From assembly GCA_041742965.1 (NCBI GenBank), contig JBGTNQ010000010.1, forward strand, positions 38,079 through 102,078: 64,000 nt of DNA. The letters run 5' to 3'. The position numbers and the translations under genes were made by a program. The notes below the pieces were generated by a model. That model saw only the letters and a program-made list of their open reading frames with translations, had not been told where the DNA came from and searched no databases. Numbering within the stretch: position 1 is the first letter of the stretch; every line of letters begins with the position of its first letter. Below are positions 8,758-18,024 of this stretch, piece by piece. The DNA is from Minisyncoccia bacterium (GTDB lineage Bacteria > Patescibacteriota > Minisyncoccia > Phycocordibacterales > Zambryskibacteraceae).

Positions 8758-10647
8758 CTAAGACAAAAGGCTTTCGGGGTCTATTTTCACTGATATTGCA
8801 GGGGAAAGACCTTTTAATTTTTCTAAGAGATTCGTATCAGGCCAAGAAGCGGACTCAAGTCTAAAGAGAATATTTATCACCGCATTTCCTCGTCTGCTCA
8901 AATTTTTGCTTTCAAATGGGGCAGGGTTCCATTCCTTGAAATATTCCAAGAGTCTTTCTGTTTCTTTTTCCACAACACTACGCTTTCCTTCTACACTCAG
9001 TTTTATAAACAAAGAGAAAGGAGGGTATTTAAATTTTTTCCTCTCCTCAATTTCTTGTCGGTAAAAATCTATTAGATTTCCGTTTAAAGCATTATTAAAA
9101 AGTGTCTCGTCTCCGTTGCGTGTCTGGATGAGAAAGATCTTCCCGGCTTTGGCGCGCATAGATAGAAGTAGATAAAATATTTTTTCATTAATACGAAAAT
9201 CAGGAACCATAAATAATGCATCCATAGATGCCACGGCTACATTTTCAACTGGCTTCGAAAGGTGAAGCAGAGCCATCTCTGTGCCGACCAATATACTTCC
9301 AGGGGTGTTTTCAAATTTTTTCATAATATCTGAAGCCCTTTTTTCTGTTGAGGCGCTTTCTTTGTCCAACCGAAAGACTTTGGCTTCTGGGAAAAGTTTT
9401 TTTATTTCTTTTTCTACGAGTTCTATGCCGATACCTAGGGTTTCAAGTTTCCAACTATCACAGTGGGTACACCTCTCTGATGTGCTTCTCTCTTCGCCAC
9501 ATTTGTTACAGGAAAAAATATTTTCATCTTTTCTAGCAAATAAAGTTACTGGGGCTCCACACTGTTTACACACCACCACTTGTCCGCAATCTCCACACAC
9601 AGTTACAGGGGCGAGGCCTTTTCTACCACAAAAAATAAAAAGGTTTTCATTTTCTTCTTTTGTTTTATCTATCAAGGCTTCTAGTTCACGGGATATTACT
9701 CTGAACTCTTCGGTAAATAGACCACGAGGAAGTTTCATATCAACCAGAAGATTTCTACTCGAAGAAAGCATGCGAAGTTTAAGGGGAAAAAATTCTGCAT
9801 ATTCCTCCGTCTGCTCTTTATAGAGAGTCTCAACTGAAAGCATTAGGTCGCCCATAATGAGTTTGACGCCCATAGCGCGGGCAAAATTTCTGACGAACAC
9901 TCGCATATCGATATAGGGTCTTGTTTGGGTTCTATATGATCTTGAATTTTCTCTATCCAAAACTATACTTCCCAAGTCACCACGGGCTACTGACAAAAAT
10001 GATGGTGTGCCTATGATGAGGATGGGGTGTCCTTCCTCAGATATTAGACGCAGAGATTCAGTAAAGTCCTTTTTTGAAAGACCGCTATGCAATACACAGC
10101 TGTATTGCTCTATGCCTTTTTCCAAAGTATTTTTGGTCCTACGGATATCTTCGGCTGTTGGTAGGCAAAAGAAAACGGATGAATTTTTGGCGAATTCTCC
10201 GCGTATAAAACTTTTGTAATGAGCGAAGCGTTCGATGTCAACATCTTGTATTACTAAAAATTCTTTTTTTGTTTTTTTGTCACCCTCTTCCGGTTGATGT
10301 GATACTAGCTTTGCATTTTCTAAAACGAGTTTAGGTATGATGGTCTGCAATACAGCGCCCGTAGAAGAGGCGTATATTTCCGCTGTTTCAAGTGCTGATT
10401 TGAGCAAAGCAGAAGATAGAAAATGTTTATTTTTTATTGAGCCGATTTTTTTTAATGCATACGCAGAAGACTTTATTTCGGATTTCGAGAGAGTAACTTC
10501 TTGCTCTTCTATCACAATAGCGTGGGCTGTTTTTTTACGAAGGGGGATAGAGACCAAAGAGCCCAAGGGAATACCATCAGCTCCAAAGTATGAGAGGGTT
10601 TCCTTTGATATTCCTTTGGCTATAGGTATTACTTTATAGAGTTTCAT
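8758..10647 (-). CDS. priA: Primosomal protein N' (PriA)-like protein with degenerate helicase motifs
   Basis: PriA-like N-terminal domain, core helicase region (LHSGLS..., IIGTPSF, PRYxxRxxA-like) and C4 zinc ribbon (CGDCG...CKQCG...CNKCG...CTHCD). I find no Walker A GSGKT, and DEEH is replaced by DREN. Confidence 0.6.
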   Translation of the reverse strand: MKLYKVIPIAKGISKETLSYFGADGIPLGSLVSIPLRKKTAHAIVIEEQEVTLSKSEIKSSAYALKKIGSIKNKHFLSSALLKSALETAEIYASSTGAVLQTIIPKLVLENAKLVSHQPEEGDKKTKKEFLVIQDVDIERFAHYKSFIRGEFAKNSSVFFCLPTAEDIRRTKNTLEKGIEQYSCVLHSGLSKKDFTESLRLISEEGHPILIIGTPSFLSVARGDLGSIVLDRENSRSYRTQTRPYIDMRVFVRNFARAMGVKLIMGDLMLSVETLYKEQTEEYAEFFPLKLRMLSSSRNLLVDMKLPRGLFTEEFRVISRELEALIDKTKEENENLFIFCGRKGLAPVTVCGDCGQVVVCKQCGAPVTLFARKDENIFSCNKCGEERSTSERCTHCDSWKLETLGIGIELVEKEIKKLFPEAKVFRLDKESASTEKRASDIMKKFENTPGSILVGTEMALLHLSKPVENVAVASMDALFMVPDFRINEKIFYLLLSMRAKAGKIFLIQTRNGDETLFNNALNGNLIDFYRQEIEERKKFKYPPFSLFIKLSVEGKRSVVEKETERLLEYFKEWNPAPFESKNLSRRGNAVINILFRLESASWPDTNLLEKLKGLSPAISVKIDPESLLS

Positions 10648-10790
10648 ATTGGTTCTGTTCTCTTGAGTTCAACCTTCATACTAAAGAGATAGGGGTTATT
10701 TTACAAATCCTTCATTTATCTAAAAGAGTGGGTTTCTTGTCTTTTAGGCTTGTAAGCTATAAGCTACAATCAATAAGATTTAAAGTAAAA

Positions 10791-11804
10791 ATGTCTCTAT
10801 TTTCTAAAAAACTCGGTATTGATTTGGGAACTACAAGTGTCTTGGTCTTTGTGCCTGGGAGGGGGATCGTTCTGAATGAACCCTCAGTTGTGGCTATATC
10901 AGAGGAAGATAATAGGATATTGGCAATAGGTATTGATGCAAAAGAGATGATAGGTAAAACTCCAGAGTCTATTGTGGCATATCGCCCGATGAAAGATGGG
11001 GTTATCGCTGACTATCGTGTTACAGAGGCAATGCTTAGGTATTACATAGGCAAAGCCCTTGGTAAGTGGAGTATATTTAAGCCAGAAGTTTTAATATCCG
11101 TACCCGCTGGAGTTACTTCAACAGAAAGAAGGGCTGTGGTAGAGGCGGCGATGAAAGCAGGGGCCAAAAATGCTTATGTAGTGAAGGAGCCTATCTTGGC
11201 CGCTATTGGTGCTGGTATTCCGATTCACGAACCCATAGGCCATATGATAGTAGACATTGGTGGAGGAACCACTGATGTGGCGGTGATCTCTTTGGGCGGT
11301 ATCGTGTCATCTACTTCAGTTAAATGTGCTGGTAATCGTATTGATGCTGCTATTGCTGACTACATAAAGAAGACTTTTAATCTTGCTGTCGGCGACAAAA
11401 CTGCTGAAGAGATAAAAATAAAAATTGGTTCCGCCATTCCTTTGGACGAAGAGCTCTCTATGAATATAAAGGGGCGGGATTATGTTCTAGGTCTTCCTCG
11501 TTCCGTAGAAATAAAAACAAATGAAATCACTAAAGCTATAGGTAAGGAGCTTCGAGAAATGATTAAGGCCATAAAGGATGTTTTGCAAGAAACCCCACCA
11601 GAGCTTTCTTCAGACATTATAGACCGCGGGATTATTATGACTGGTGGTTCGTCTCAGCTTAGAAATTTACCAGAACTTGTTTTTCGTCGCACTGGAGTGA
11701 AGGCTGTTTTGGCAAAAGATGCCCTTTATTGTGTTGCTCGTGGTACTGGTATTGCTCTGGAACATTTGGATACATATAAGAAGAGTATAATTGCGAAAAG
11801 ATAA
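10791..11804 (+). CDS. mreB: Rod-shape determining protein MreB (paralog 1, stand-alone)
   Basis: LGIDLGTTSVLVFV...NEPSVVAI actin-like ATPase motifs. Start chosen at MSLFSKKLGIDLGT; the ORF track extends to 10728. Confidence 0.85.
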   Translation: MSLFSKKLGIDLGTTSVLVFVPGRGIVLNEPSVVAISEEDNRILAIGIDAKEMIGKTPESIVAYRPMKDGVIADYRVTEAMLRYYIGKALGKWSIFKPEVLISVPAGVTSTERRAVVEAAMKAGAKNAYVVKEPILAAIGAGIPIHEPIGHMIVDIGGGTTDVAVISLGGIVSSTSVKCAGNRIDAAIADYIKKTFNLAVGDKTAEEIKIKIGSAIPLDEELSMNIKGRDYVLGLPRSVEIKTNEITKAIGKELREMIKAIKDVLQETPPELSSDIIDRGIIMTGGSSQLRNLPELVFRRTGVKAVLAKDALYCVARGTGIALEHLDTYKKSIIAKR

Positions 11805-11829
11805 TTTCCGTGCTTCGCACGGTTCGATT

Positions 11830-11927
11830 AAAACTCCTTGTGAAAAACACACATATCCCGTTTCTACGGGATTGCTCCGCTCGCCCCAGAGTGCTGGGAC
11901 TGCGCGAGGTTTTTCACAAGGAGTTTT
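11830..11927. repeat. 98-bp element with 19-bp perfect terminal inverted repeats enclosing two internal hairpins (MITE-like or structured ncRNA)
   Basis: aaaactccttgtgaaaaac ... gtttttcacaaggagtttt. Internal cccgtttctacggg and cccagagtgctggg hairpins. GC-rich and non-coding. Confidence 0.4.
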
Positions 11928-12031
11928 GATGTTTTTGGGAAATGTTTTCTCAAGCCGTGTTTCGGGTGGTTTTATGTAAATGAAGGCCCCCACGCGACGC
12001 GTGAGCGGGCATTTTTATAGATTGCTCTAAT

Positions 12032-12066
12032 AAGCTATTAGCTATAAGCTATTAGCTATAAGCTAA
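12032..12066. repeat. Tandem 14-bp direct repeat (aagctattagctat x2.5) containing the AGCTATAAGCT promoter-like motif
   Basis: aagctattagctat aagctattagctat aagctaatcc immediately upstream of holB. Confidence 0.6.
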
Positions 12067-12072
12067 TCCAGC

Positions 12073-12756
12073 ATGAATCTCTCTCTTCACATAAAACCCG
12101 AAGCGCTTCACCACGCATATTTAATCGTTGGTGAGAAGGATCCGACAAGGGACGCTATTCTCAAGTTCATAAAAGATGAAATAAGTTTTGCGACCAGAGC
12201 CAATCCCGATTTTTGGTTTGAGGAGCACAGCAGTGTACCAATCGAACTAGCGCGAGCGATAAGTGATTTTCATATTCAAAAACCATTTCAGGGGGATAGG
12301 AAAATCTTTGTTTTGATTGCGGGCACGGTTACCGTCGAAGCGCAAAATGCATTGTTGAAACTTTTTGAGGAACCCATTGCCGGTAATCATTTTTTTCTTG
12401 TGATGAATGATGACCGCACCATTATTCCAACTCTGCGCTCTAGAATGCAGAGTGTGATTTTAGAAAGGGCGGGAGACAGTGACTTGGGAAAAGAATTTTT
12501 AAAGTCTCCTATTTCGGAGCGACTTGGAATGATTGAAGATATAGTAGAAAACAAAGATAAAGAAAAATCTAAAAAGCTTGTTAAATCCATAACAGAAGCT
12601 TTATACGTCAGCCTCGGTAATGAAAAAGATCTGAAAGATTGGTCTCAAGTTTTTAAAAACCTTCTGAAAGCAGATGACTACCTTTCAGACAGGGCCCCCT
12701 CTGTAAAAATGCTTTTGGAGAACCTCGTTTATACAATTCCTACCAAAAAACTCTAA
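12073..12756 (+). CDS. holB: DNA polymerase III delta-prime subunit-like (short form)
   Basis: LLKLFEEP and TLRSRMQ (SRC-like) motifs of clamp-loader delta-prime. Confidence 0.65.
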   Translation: MNLSLHIKPEALHHAYLIVGEKDPTRDAILKFIKDEISFATRANPDFWFEEHSSVPIELARAISDFHIQKPFQGDRKIFVLIAGTVTVEAQNALLKLFEEPIAGNHFFLVMNDDRTIIPTLRSRMQSVILERAGDSDLGKEFLKSPISERLGMIEDIVENKDKEKSKKLVKSITEALYVSLGNEKDLKDWSQVFKNLLKADDYLSDRAPSVKMLLENLVYTIPTKKL

Positions 12757-12794
12757 GGGCTTTGTTTTTCAGGCTTTTTTGTTAATATATTCTA

Positions 12795-13346
12795 ATGACA
12801 TACGATTTTACCCATCTAAAAAAGAAGATTAGCGAAGTAGAAGATTGGCTCAAAAAAGAGCTTTCTCAAATTCGTACAGGTCGAGCTACTCCAATAATAC
12901 TCGACTCAATATCTGTAGAATCATATGGCTCTTATATGGCCATCAATCAGTTGGCCGGTATTACCATTGAGGATCCAAAAACTATTAGGGTTGTTCCTTG
13001 GGATATGTCTCAGGTGAAAAATATTGAAAAGGCCGTAGTAGATTCGGGATTGGGGCTTTCTGTTTCAGTAGATGAAAGAGGGCTCAGGGTTATTTTCCCC
13101 GAATTAACAGCAGATAGACGAACCTCTCTGGCAAAAATTGCAAAACAAAAGCTTGAGGAGGCACGTGTTTCACTTCGTCAAGAGAGGGAAAAGGTACGAG
13201 AGGATATTCAAGAAAAAGAAAAGAAGGGCGGAATGGGAGAGGACGATAAATTTCGTTTTAATGCCGAGTTACAGAAACTTATAGATGAAGCGAACAAAAA
13301 TCTAGATCTCTTGGCAGAGCGAAAGGAGAAGGAAATTTTGGAATAA
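12795..13346 (+). CDS. frr: Ribosome recycling factor
   Basis: Full-length RRF signature (LSQIRTGRATPIILDSISVESYGSYMAINQLA...). Confidence 0.9.
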   Translation: MTYDFTHLKKKISEVEDWLKKELSQIRTGRATPIILDSISVESYGSYMAINQLAGITIEDPKTIRVVPWDMSQVKNIEKAVVDSGLGLSVSVDERGLRVIFPELTADRRTSLAKIAKQKLEEARVSLRQEREKVREDIQEKEKKGGMGEDDKFRFNAELQKLIDEANKNLDLLAERKEKEILE

Positions 13347-13408
13347 AGGAATGGCGAATGGTGAATAAGGTAATGAGGAGTGGAGAAGGTAAAAAACAAT
13401 AAACACAA

Positions 13409-14500
13409 ATGTCTATAATTATTTTTATTATTATATTGGCGATACTCATATTTGTTCACGAACTGGGACATTTTATAGTTGCCAAGAAGTCGGGTATAAA
13501 GGTTTCCGAGTTTGGAATAGGTTTTCCTCCCAAGCTTTGGGGTATTAAAAAGGGCGAGACAGAATACACTTTGAACGCTATTCCTTTTGGTGGTTTTGTG
13601 AAGATATTTGGAGAAGATCCAGACGAAGAAGCCCTCTCTGGTCCAGAAAAAAACAGAAGTATTACAAGTAAATCTCGTCCTATTCAGGCAGCTGTCTTGG
13701 TGGCCGGTGTGACTTTCAATATTATATTTGCCTGGCTCCTTATCTCTATTGGTTTTATGATAGGTCTTCCAACTTCTACCGCCCACGAAGGTAGGGGTGT
13801 GGTAGAAAACCCACGGACCGTTATCCAGAGTGTCTCTCCAAATTCCCCCGCAGAAAGAGCTGGTATAAAATCTGGAGATTCTATTGCTCAAATATCTTCC
13901 GGAGTTTATGTGGCAAATGAAGTGACTCCAGAAACTGTATCTAATTTTATTGAGGCTCATGGTGATGAAGAAATTTTGATTAATTTGCAAAGAGGTAAAG
14001 ATCTTCTGACTGTTTCATTGAATGCAGAAGAGGGGGTCGTGGCGGGCAAACTTGCTGTTGGTATTTCTATGGACACCATTGGAACCTTAAGTCTTCCAAT
14101 TCATTATGCTTTCTGGGAAGGAGCCAAAACAACAGGAACAGTTCTTTATTTTGTGACCGTGGGCATTTTATCTTTCTTAGGTGACGCTATTGTCGGACAA
14201 GGCGACCTCTCTCAAGTGACCGGTCCTGTAGGAATAGTGGGTATCGTGAGTGATGTCTCAACTTTGGGTTTTGTGTATTTGCTATCTTTCACAGCCTTGA
14301 TATCTCTTAACCTTGCGGTCATAAATCTATTGCCGTTTCCAGCTCTCGATGGAGGTAGACTTGTAATCGTATTTATAGAATCAATCATCCGAAGGCCACT
14401 TAGTCCAAAAATTCTTAATTGGGTGAATGGGGCAGGTTTCATCGTCCTCGTGCTTTTGATGCTTGTGGTTACCGCGCACGATATTTGGAAATTATTCTAA
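13409..14500 (+). CDS. rseP: RIP metalloprotease RseP (site-2 protease, M50)
   Basis: HELGHF zinc motif, PDZ domain and the C-terminal NLLPFPALDGG motif. Confidence 0.9.
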   Translation: MSIIIFIIILAILIFVHELGHFIVAKKSGIKVSEFGIGFPPKLWGIKKGETEYTLNAIPFGGFVKIFGEDPDEEALSGPEKNRSITSKSRPIQAAVLVAGVTFNIIFAWLLISIGFMIGLPTSTAHEGRGVVENPRTVIQSVSPNSPAERAGIKSGDSIAQISSGVYVANEVTPETVSNFIEAHGDEEILINLQRGKDLLTVSLNAEEGVVAGKLAVGISMDTIGTLSLPIHYAFWEGAKTTGTVLYFVTVGILSFLGDAIVGQGDLSQVTGPVGIVGIVSDVSTLGFVYLLSFTALISLNLAVINLLPFPALDGGRLVIVFIESIIRRPLSPKILNWVNGAGFIVLVLLMLVVTAHDIWKLF

Positions 14501-14671
14501 TATAGATTCTCGGCTCGGAAATGAAAAAGATTGCTTTTTCATTTCCCTACGCCTCCGATAAAGATACAGCGGCACGCGGTTGCTCTGTGTCGCCAATAAA
14601 AATATCAACACGCTAATTTGGCCATGTAAATGTTTTTTGCCTTGCCCACCTTTCTCCTGTATTATTGGGTC

Positions 14672-15910
14672 ATGCGACAGTCACAACTCTTCACCAAAAC
14701 CAGAAAAGAAAGCCCAAAGGATGAGGTGGCAAAAAATGCTGACCTTTTGATCAGGGCAGGTTATATACATAAAGAAATGGCAGGGGTTTACTCTATTCTA
14801 CCTCTAGGTTTACGGGTAATGAATAAAATAGAAGAAATCATCCGAGAGGAGATGAATGACTTGGGTGGTATTGAAATGAAGACAAGTGTCTTACAAAATA
14901 AAGAAATTTGGGAAAAAACAAATAGATGGGATGACGAGGTTGTAGATAATTGGTTTAAAACAAAATTAAAAAATGGCGGAGAGGTCGGACTGTCTTTTAC
15001 TAATGAAGAAGCTTATTCAAATATATTAAAACAATATGTAAATTCTTATAAAGATCTACCGGTTTATCCTTATGATTTTAAAAGTATCTTTAGAAATGAG
15101 ACGAGAAGTAAATCTGGGATTTTGAGAGGAAGGGAATTTTATTGGAAAGCTCTATATTCCTTCTCTCGTACCCAAGAAGAGCATGACGATTTCTATGAAA
15201 AATCAAAAATTGCTTATAAAAATATTTTCAATCGAGTTGGTATCGGAGAAAGTACATTCATCACCTTTGCTTCGGGCGGTACATTCAGTAAATATTCTCA
15301 CGAATTTCAAACTATAACTTCATCTGGCGAAGACATCATTTACCTTGATAAAAAGAAGGGAATAGCTATAAACAAGGAAGTCTACATTGATGAGATTATT
15401 GAAGAGTTGGGTCTAAAAAAGGCGGATCTTGTTGAAGAAAAGGCAATAGAAGTGGGTAACATTTTCCCTCTAGGTACCAAGTTTTCAGAACCTATGAACT
15501 TGTTGTTTACTGATGACAAGGGAGAAAAAAAACCAGTGATTATGGGCAGTTATGGTATAGGTCTGGGAAGACTTATGGGGACTGTGGTGGAGGTGCTTTC
15601 AGATGAAAAGGGAATAGTGTGGCCTGAAACCATCGCTCCTTTTGGTGCACACCTTTTGGAAATTCCAAGCAAAGATAGTAATGTGAAAAAAGTAGCCGAA
15701 GAGGCTTACGAGACCTTAAAAAATAGTGGCATTGAGGTTCTATATGATGATAGGGATATAAGGGCTGGAGAAAAATTTGCAGACGCAGATCTTATTGGTA
15801 TTCCTCGTCAAATTATTGTCTCAGAGCGTGGGGTAAATGCTGGGACCCTTGAAATGAAAGATAGAAAAACAGGAGAAACTTCTGTTACGCACATAGAAGA
15901 TTTTAAATAA
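14672..15910 (+). CDS. proS: Proline--tRNA ligase (no editing domain)
   Basis: Class II aaRS. N-terminal SQLFTKTRKESPKDEVAKNADLLIRAGYI. Start placed at MRQSQ rather than the upstream hydrophobic extension. Confidence 0.8.
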   Translation: MRQSQLFTKTRKESPKDEVAKNADLLIRAGYIHKEMAGVYSILPLGLRVMNKIEEIIREEMNDLGGIEMKTSVLQNKEIWEKTNRWDDEVVDNWFKTKLKNGGEVGLSFTNEEAYSNILKQYVNSYKDLPVYPYDFKSIFRNETRSKSGILRGREFYWKALYSFSRTQEEHDDFYEKSKIAYKNIFNRVGIGESTFITFASGGTFSKYSHEFQTITSSGEDIIYLDKKKGIAINKEVYIDEIIEELGLKKADLVEEKAIEVGNIFPLGTKFSEPMNLLFTDDKGEKKPVIMGSYGIGLGRLMGTVVEVLSDEKGIVWPETIAPFGAHLLEIPSKDSNVKKVAEEAYETLKNSGIEVLYDDRDIRAGEKFADADLIGIPRQIIVSERGVNAGTLEMKDRKTGETSVTHIEDFK

Positions 15911-15913
15911 TAC

Positions 15914-16993
15914 ATGATAAAAAGTTTTATCAAAAAACCATCCTTTGAGAAAATTCGTCGGTTGGTGTCAAATGACATCGGTATTGATTTGGGTACTGCA
16001 AATACCTTGGTTTATGTTCGTGGGGCGGGTGTCATAATCAACGAGCCCTCAGTGGTCGCCGTGAATCAAAAGACCGGACGTGTGGTTGCCGTTGGTGGAG
16101 AAGCAAAACAGATGCTTGGACGCACGCCGGCTCACATTGTGGCTGTCAGACCCCTGGTGGACGGAGTCATCTCTGATTTTGAGATTACAGAAGAAATGAT
16201 TACCTATCTTTTGAATAGAGCTCAAAAAGAAAATAAAAAAATATTTGGCCCGAGGGTTGTGGTAGGAGTACCCTCCGGTATTACGAATGTAGAAATTCGC
16301 GCGGTTAGGGATGCGACAAGAAATGCTGGCGCTGGAGAAGTGCATGTTGTAGAAGAGCCAATGGCTGCTGCCATAGGCATGAAGCTTCCAGTTCTTGAGC
16401 CGGTGGGCACAATGGTAATCGATATTGGTGGAGGTACATCAGACATTGCCGTCATCTCTCTTGGGGGTGTAGTTCGTTCCAAGAATTTGCGTGTAGCAGG
16501 AGATAAGTTGAACCAAGACATAATTTCTTATATTAGGAGTGAATTTAAGATTCTTGTGGGTGAAAAAACTGCAGAAAATATAAAGATGGCTATTGGTTCC
16601 GTAATTCCAGGAGACACATCTCTTGAAGCTTCTATAAAAGGTAGAGACCTCGTAACGGGCCTTCCTAGGGAAGTTGTTATTACTGATTCAGACATTCGCG
16701 AAGCGATAGCTCTATCGATTGCCAATCTAATAGAATCAACTCGCGAGGTTTTGGAAACTACTCCGCCTGAAATTCTATCCGACATTATGAATCGTGGAAT
16801 ATATCTAGCCGGCGGTGGTGCCCTCATAAAAGGGTTGGCTGAACTTATTCAGGAAGAGATAAAAATTCCAGTTATTATTGCTCCTGATCCACTTACTGCT
16901 GTTGCTCGTGGCACTGGTCTTATACTCGAAAATATCGAAGGTTTCTCTGAGGTGTTAATTCAAAACGAAGATGAACTACCATCTAAAAACTAA
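15914..16993 (+). CDS. mreB: Rod-shape determining protein MreB (paralog 2, in mreBCD-mrdA operon)
   Basis: IGIDLGTANTLVYV...NEPSVVAV, followed by mreC. Confidence 0.9.
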   Translation: MIKSFIKKPSFEKIRRLVSNDIGIDLGTANTLVYVRGAGVIINEPSVVAVNQKTGRVVAVGGEAKQMLGRTPAHIVAVRPLVDGVISDFEITEEMITYLLNRAQKENKKIFGPRVVVGVPSGITNVEIRAVRDATRNAGAGEVHVVEEPMAAAIGMKLPVLEPVGTMVIDIGGGTSDIAVISLGGVVRSKNLRVAGDKLNQDIISYIRSEFKILVGEKTAENIKMAIGSVIPGDTSLEASIKGRDLVTGLPREVVITDSDIREAIALSIANLIESTREVLETTPPEILSDIMNRGIYLAGGGALIKGLAELIQEEIKIPVIIAPDPLTAVARGTGLILENIEGFSEVLIQNEDELPSKN

Positions 16994-17768
16994 GTCCAAG
17001 GGAAATCCATCATTTCGCCGAGCTTTCTTGGTCGTCTGCGTTATTTTTGCTTTCTTGGGTCTTTTGTTTTTACTAAACAGCAGAGCTCCACTTTCTTTAC
17101 TGACAGCTATAGGCAAGCCTGTTTGGAGTATGAAGCAGACAGCAAGTATTTTTTTTCGAGACAATGATGGTTTTTTGAAACGAAAACAAACTCTAGTTGA
17201 AGAAAACAACTCTTTGAAACAATCTCTCTCAGATCTAACCATCGCATCATTTGAACGCGATATTTTAAAAGAAGAAAATCGAGAACTCAAATTAATAAGA
17301 GAAGAATCTCAAGAAATTGCTAGAGTTCTGTCTACGCCAATCTATACTTTTTACGATTCTTTAATAATTGAACTTTCTAAAGATTCAAAAGCAAAAGCGG
17401 GTGATCTTGTATTTGCTAAGGGAGTGGTGTTACTGGGAGAGATATTGGATAGAAGTGGTTCTACGGCGAGAGTTAAACTTTTTTCTAGCCCAGGTACTTT
17501 GATTACCCTTAGACTCGTATCAAGCGGTGCCGAGCTTTCGGTCTCTGGTCGTGGTGGTGGCAACTTCTCCGTTACAGTTCCGAGTTCACTTCCTATAAAG
17601 GAGGGAGATATTTTTTCTTATCCTTTTTTTACCACGAACGTTGTGGCCCGTGTTGGAGACGTGAGACCAGCCCAGCTAGATTCATTTAATGTCGTTTTAA
17701 GTTCATATCCAGTAAATATTTTTGAACTTACTTGGGTTGGAATTCATCATGTATCAGAAACATTATAG
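16971..17768 (+). CDS. mreC: Rod-shape determining protein MreC
   Basis: N-terminal TM, coiled coil and beta-rich periplasmic domain. Position after mreB. Confidence 0.75.
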   Translation: MNYHLKTKSKGNPSFRRAFLVVCVIFAFLGLLFLLNSRAPLSLLTAIGKPVWSMKQTASIFFRDNDGFLKRKQTLVEENNSLKQSLSDLTIASFERDILKEENRELKLIREESQEIARVLSTPIYTFYDSLIIELSKDSKAKAGDLVFAKGVVLLGEILDRSGSTARVKLFSSPGTLITLRLVSSGAELSVSGRGGGNFSVTVPSSLPIKEGDIFSYPFFTTNVVARVGDVRPAQLDSFNVVLSSYPVNIFELTWVGIHHVSETL

Positions 17769-18024
17769 ATTAATATTTGTTCTTATGCTTTTGCTGTCGG
17801 TCTTTATTTTCCCTTGGTGGATTACAGCACCGTTGGCTATTTTGGGCACATTTTTTTTCATATCTTTTTACGAAGTTTTATTGATTGGATTTATTGCTGA
17901 CAGACTTTTTATTTTATCTATAGATAATGGTTTTATAAAAACATTTCCTTTCACTTTTTCAGCAATCTTAATCTTTCTGTTATCATTTTGGATACGAGAA
18001 CATATTCGTCTCGGCCAAAAATGA
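17722..18024 (+). CDS. mreD: Rod-shape determining protein MreD-like small membrane protein
   Basis: Roughly 90-100 aa polytopic membrane protein between mreC and mrdA. Start may be the ATG at 17749. Confidence 0.5.
   Translation: MNLLGLEFIMYQKHYRLIFVLMLLLSVFIFPWWITAPLAILGTFFFISFYEVLLIGFIADRLFILSIDNGFIKTFPFTFSAILIFLLSFWIREHIRLGQK

Noticed and set aside
9281-9823. 180-aa + ORF inside priA, and similar antisense ORFs (13208-13990 within rseP, 16222-16827 within mreB, 39121-39600 within ctpA)
   Set aside because: They lie fully antisense within well-supported conserved genes and have low-complexity composition typical of shadow ORFs.
14501-14671. T-box riboswitch upstream of proS
   Set aside because: The region is only ~170 nt and lacks the T-box consensus (AATTAGGGTGGNACCGCG).
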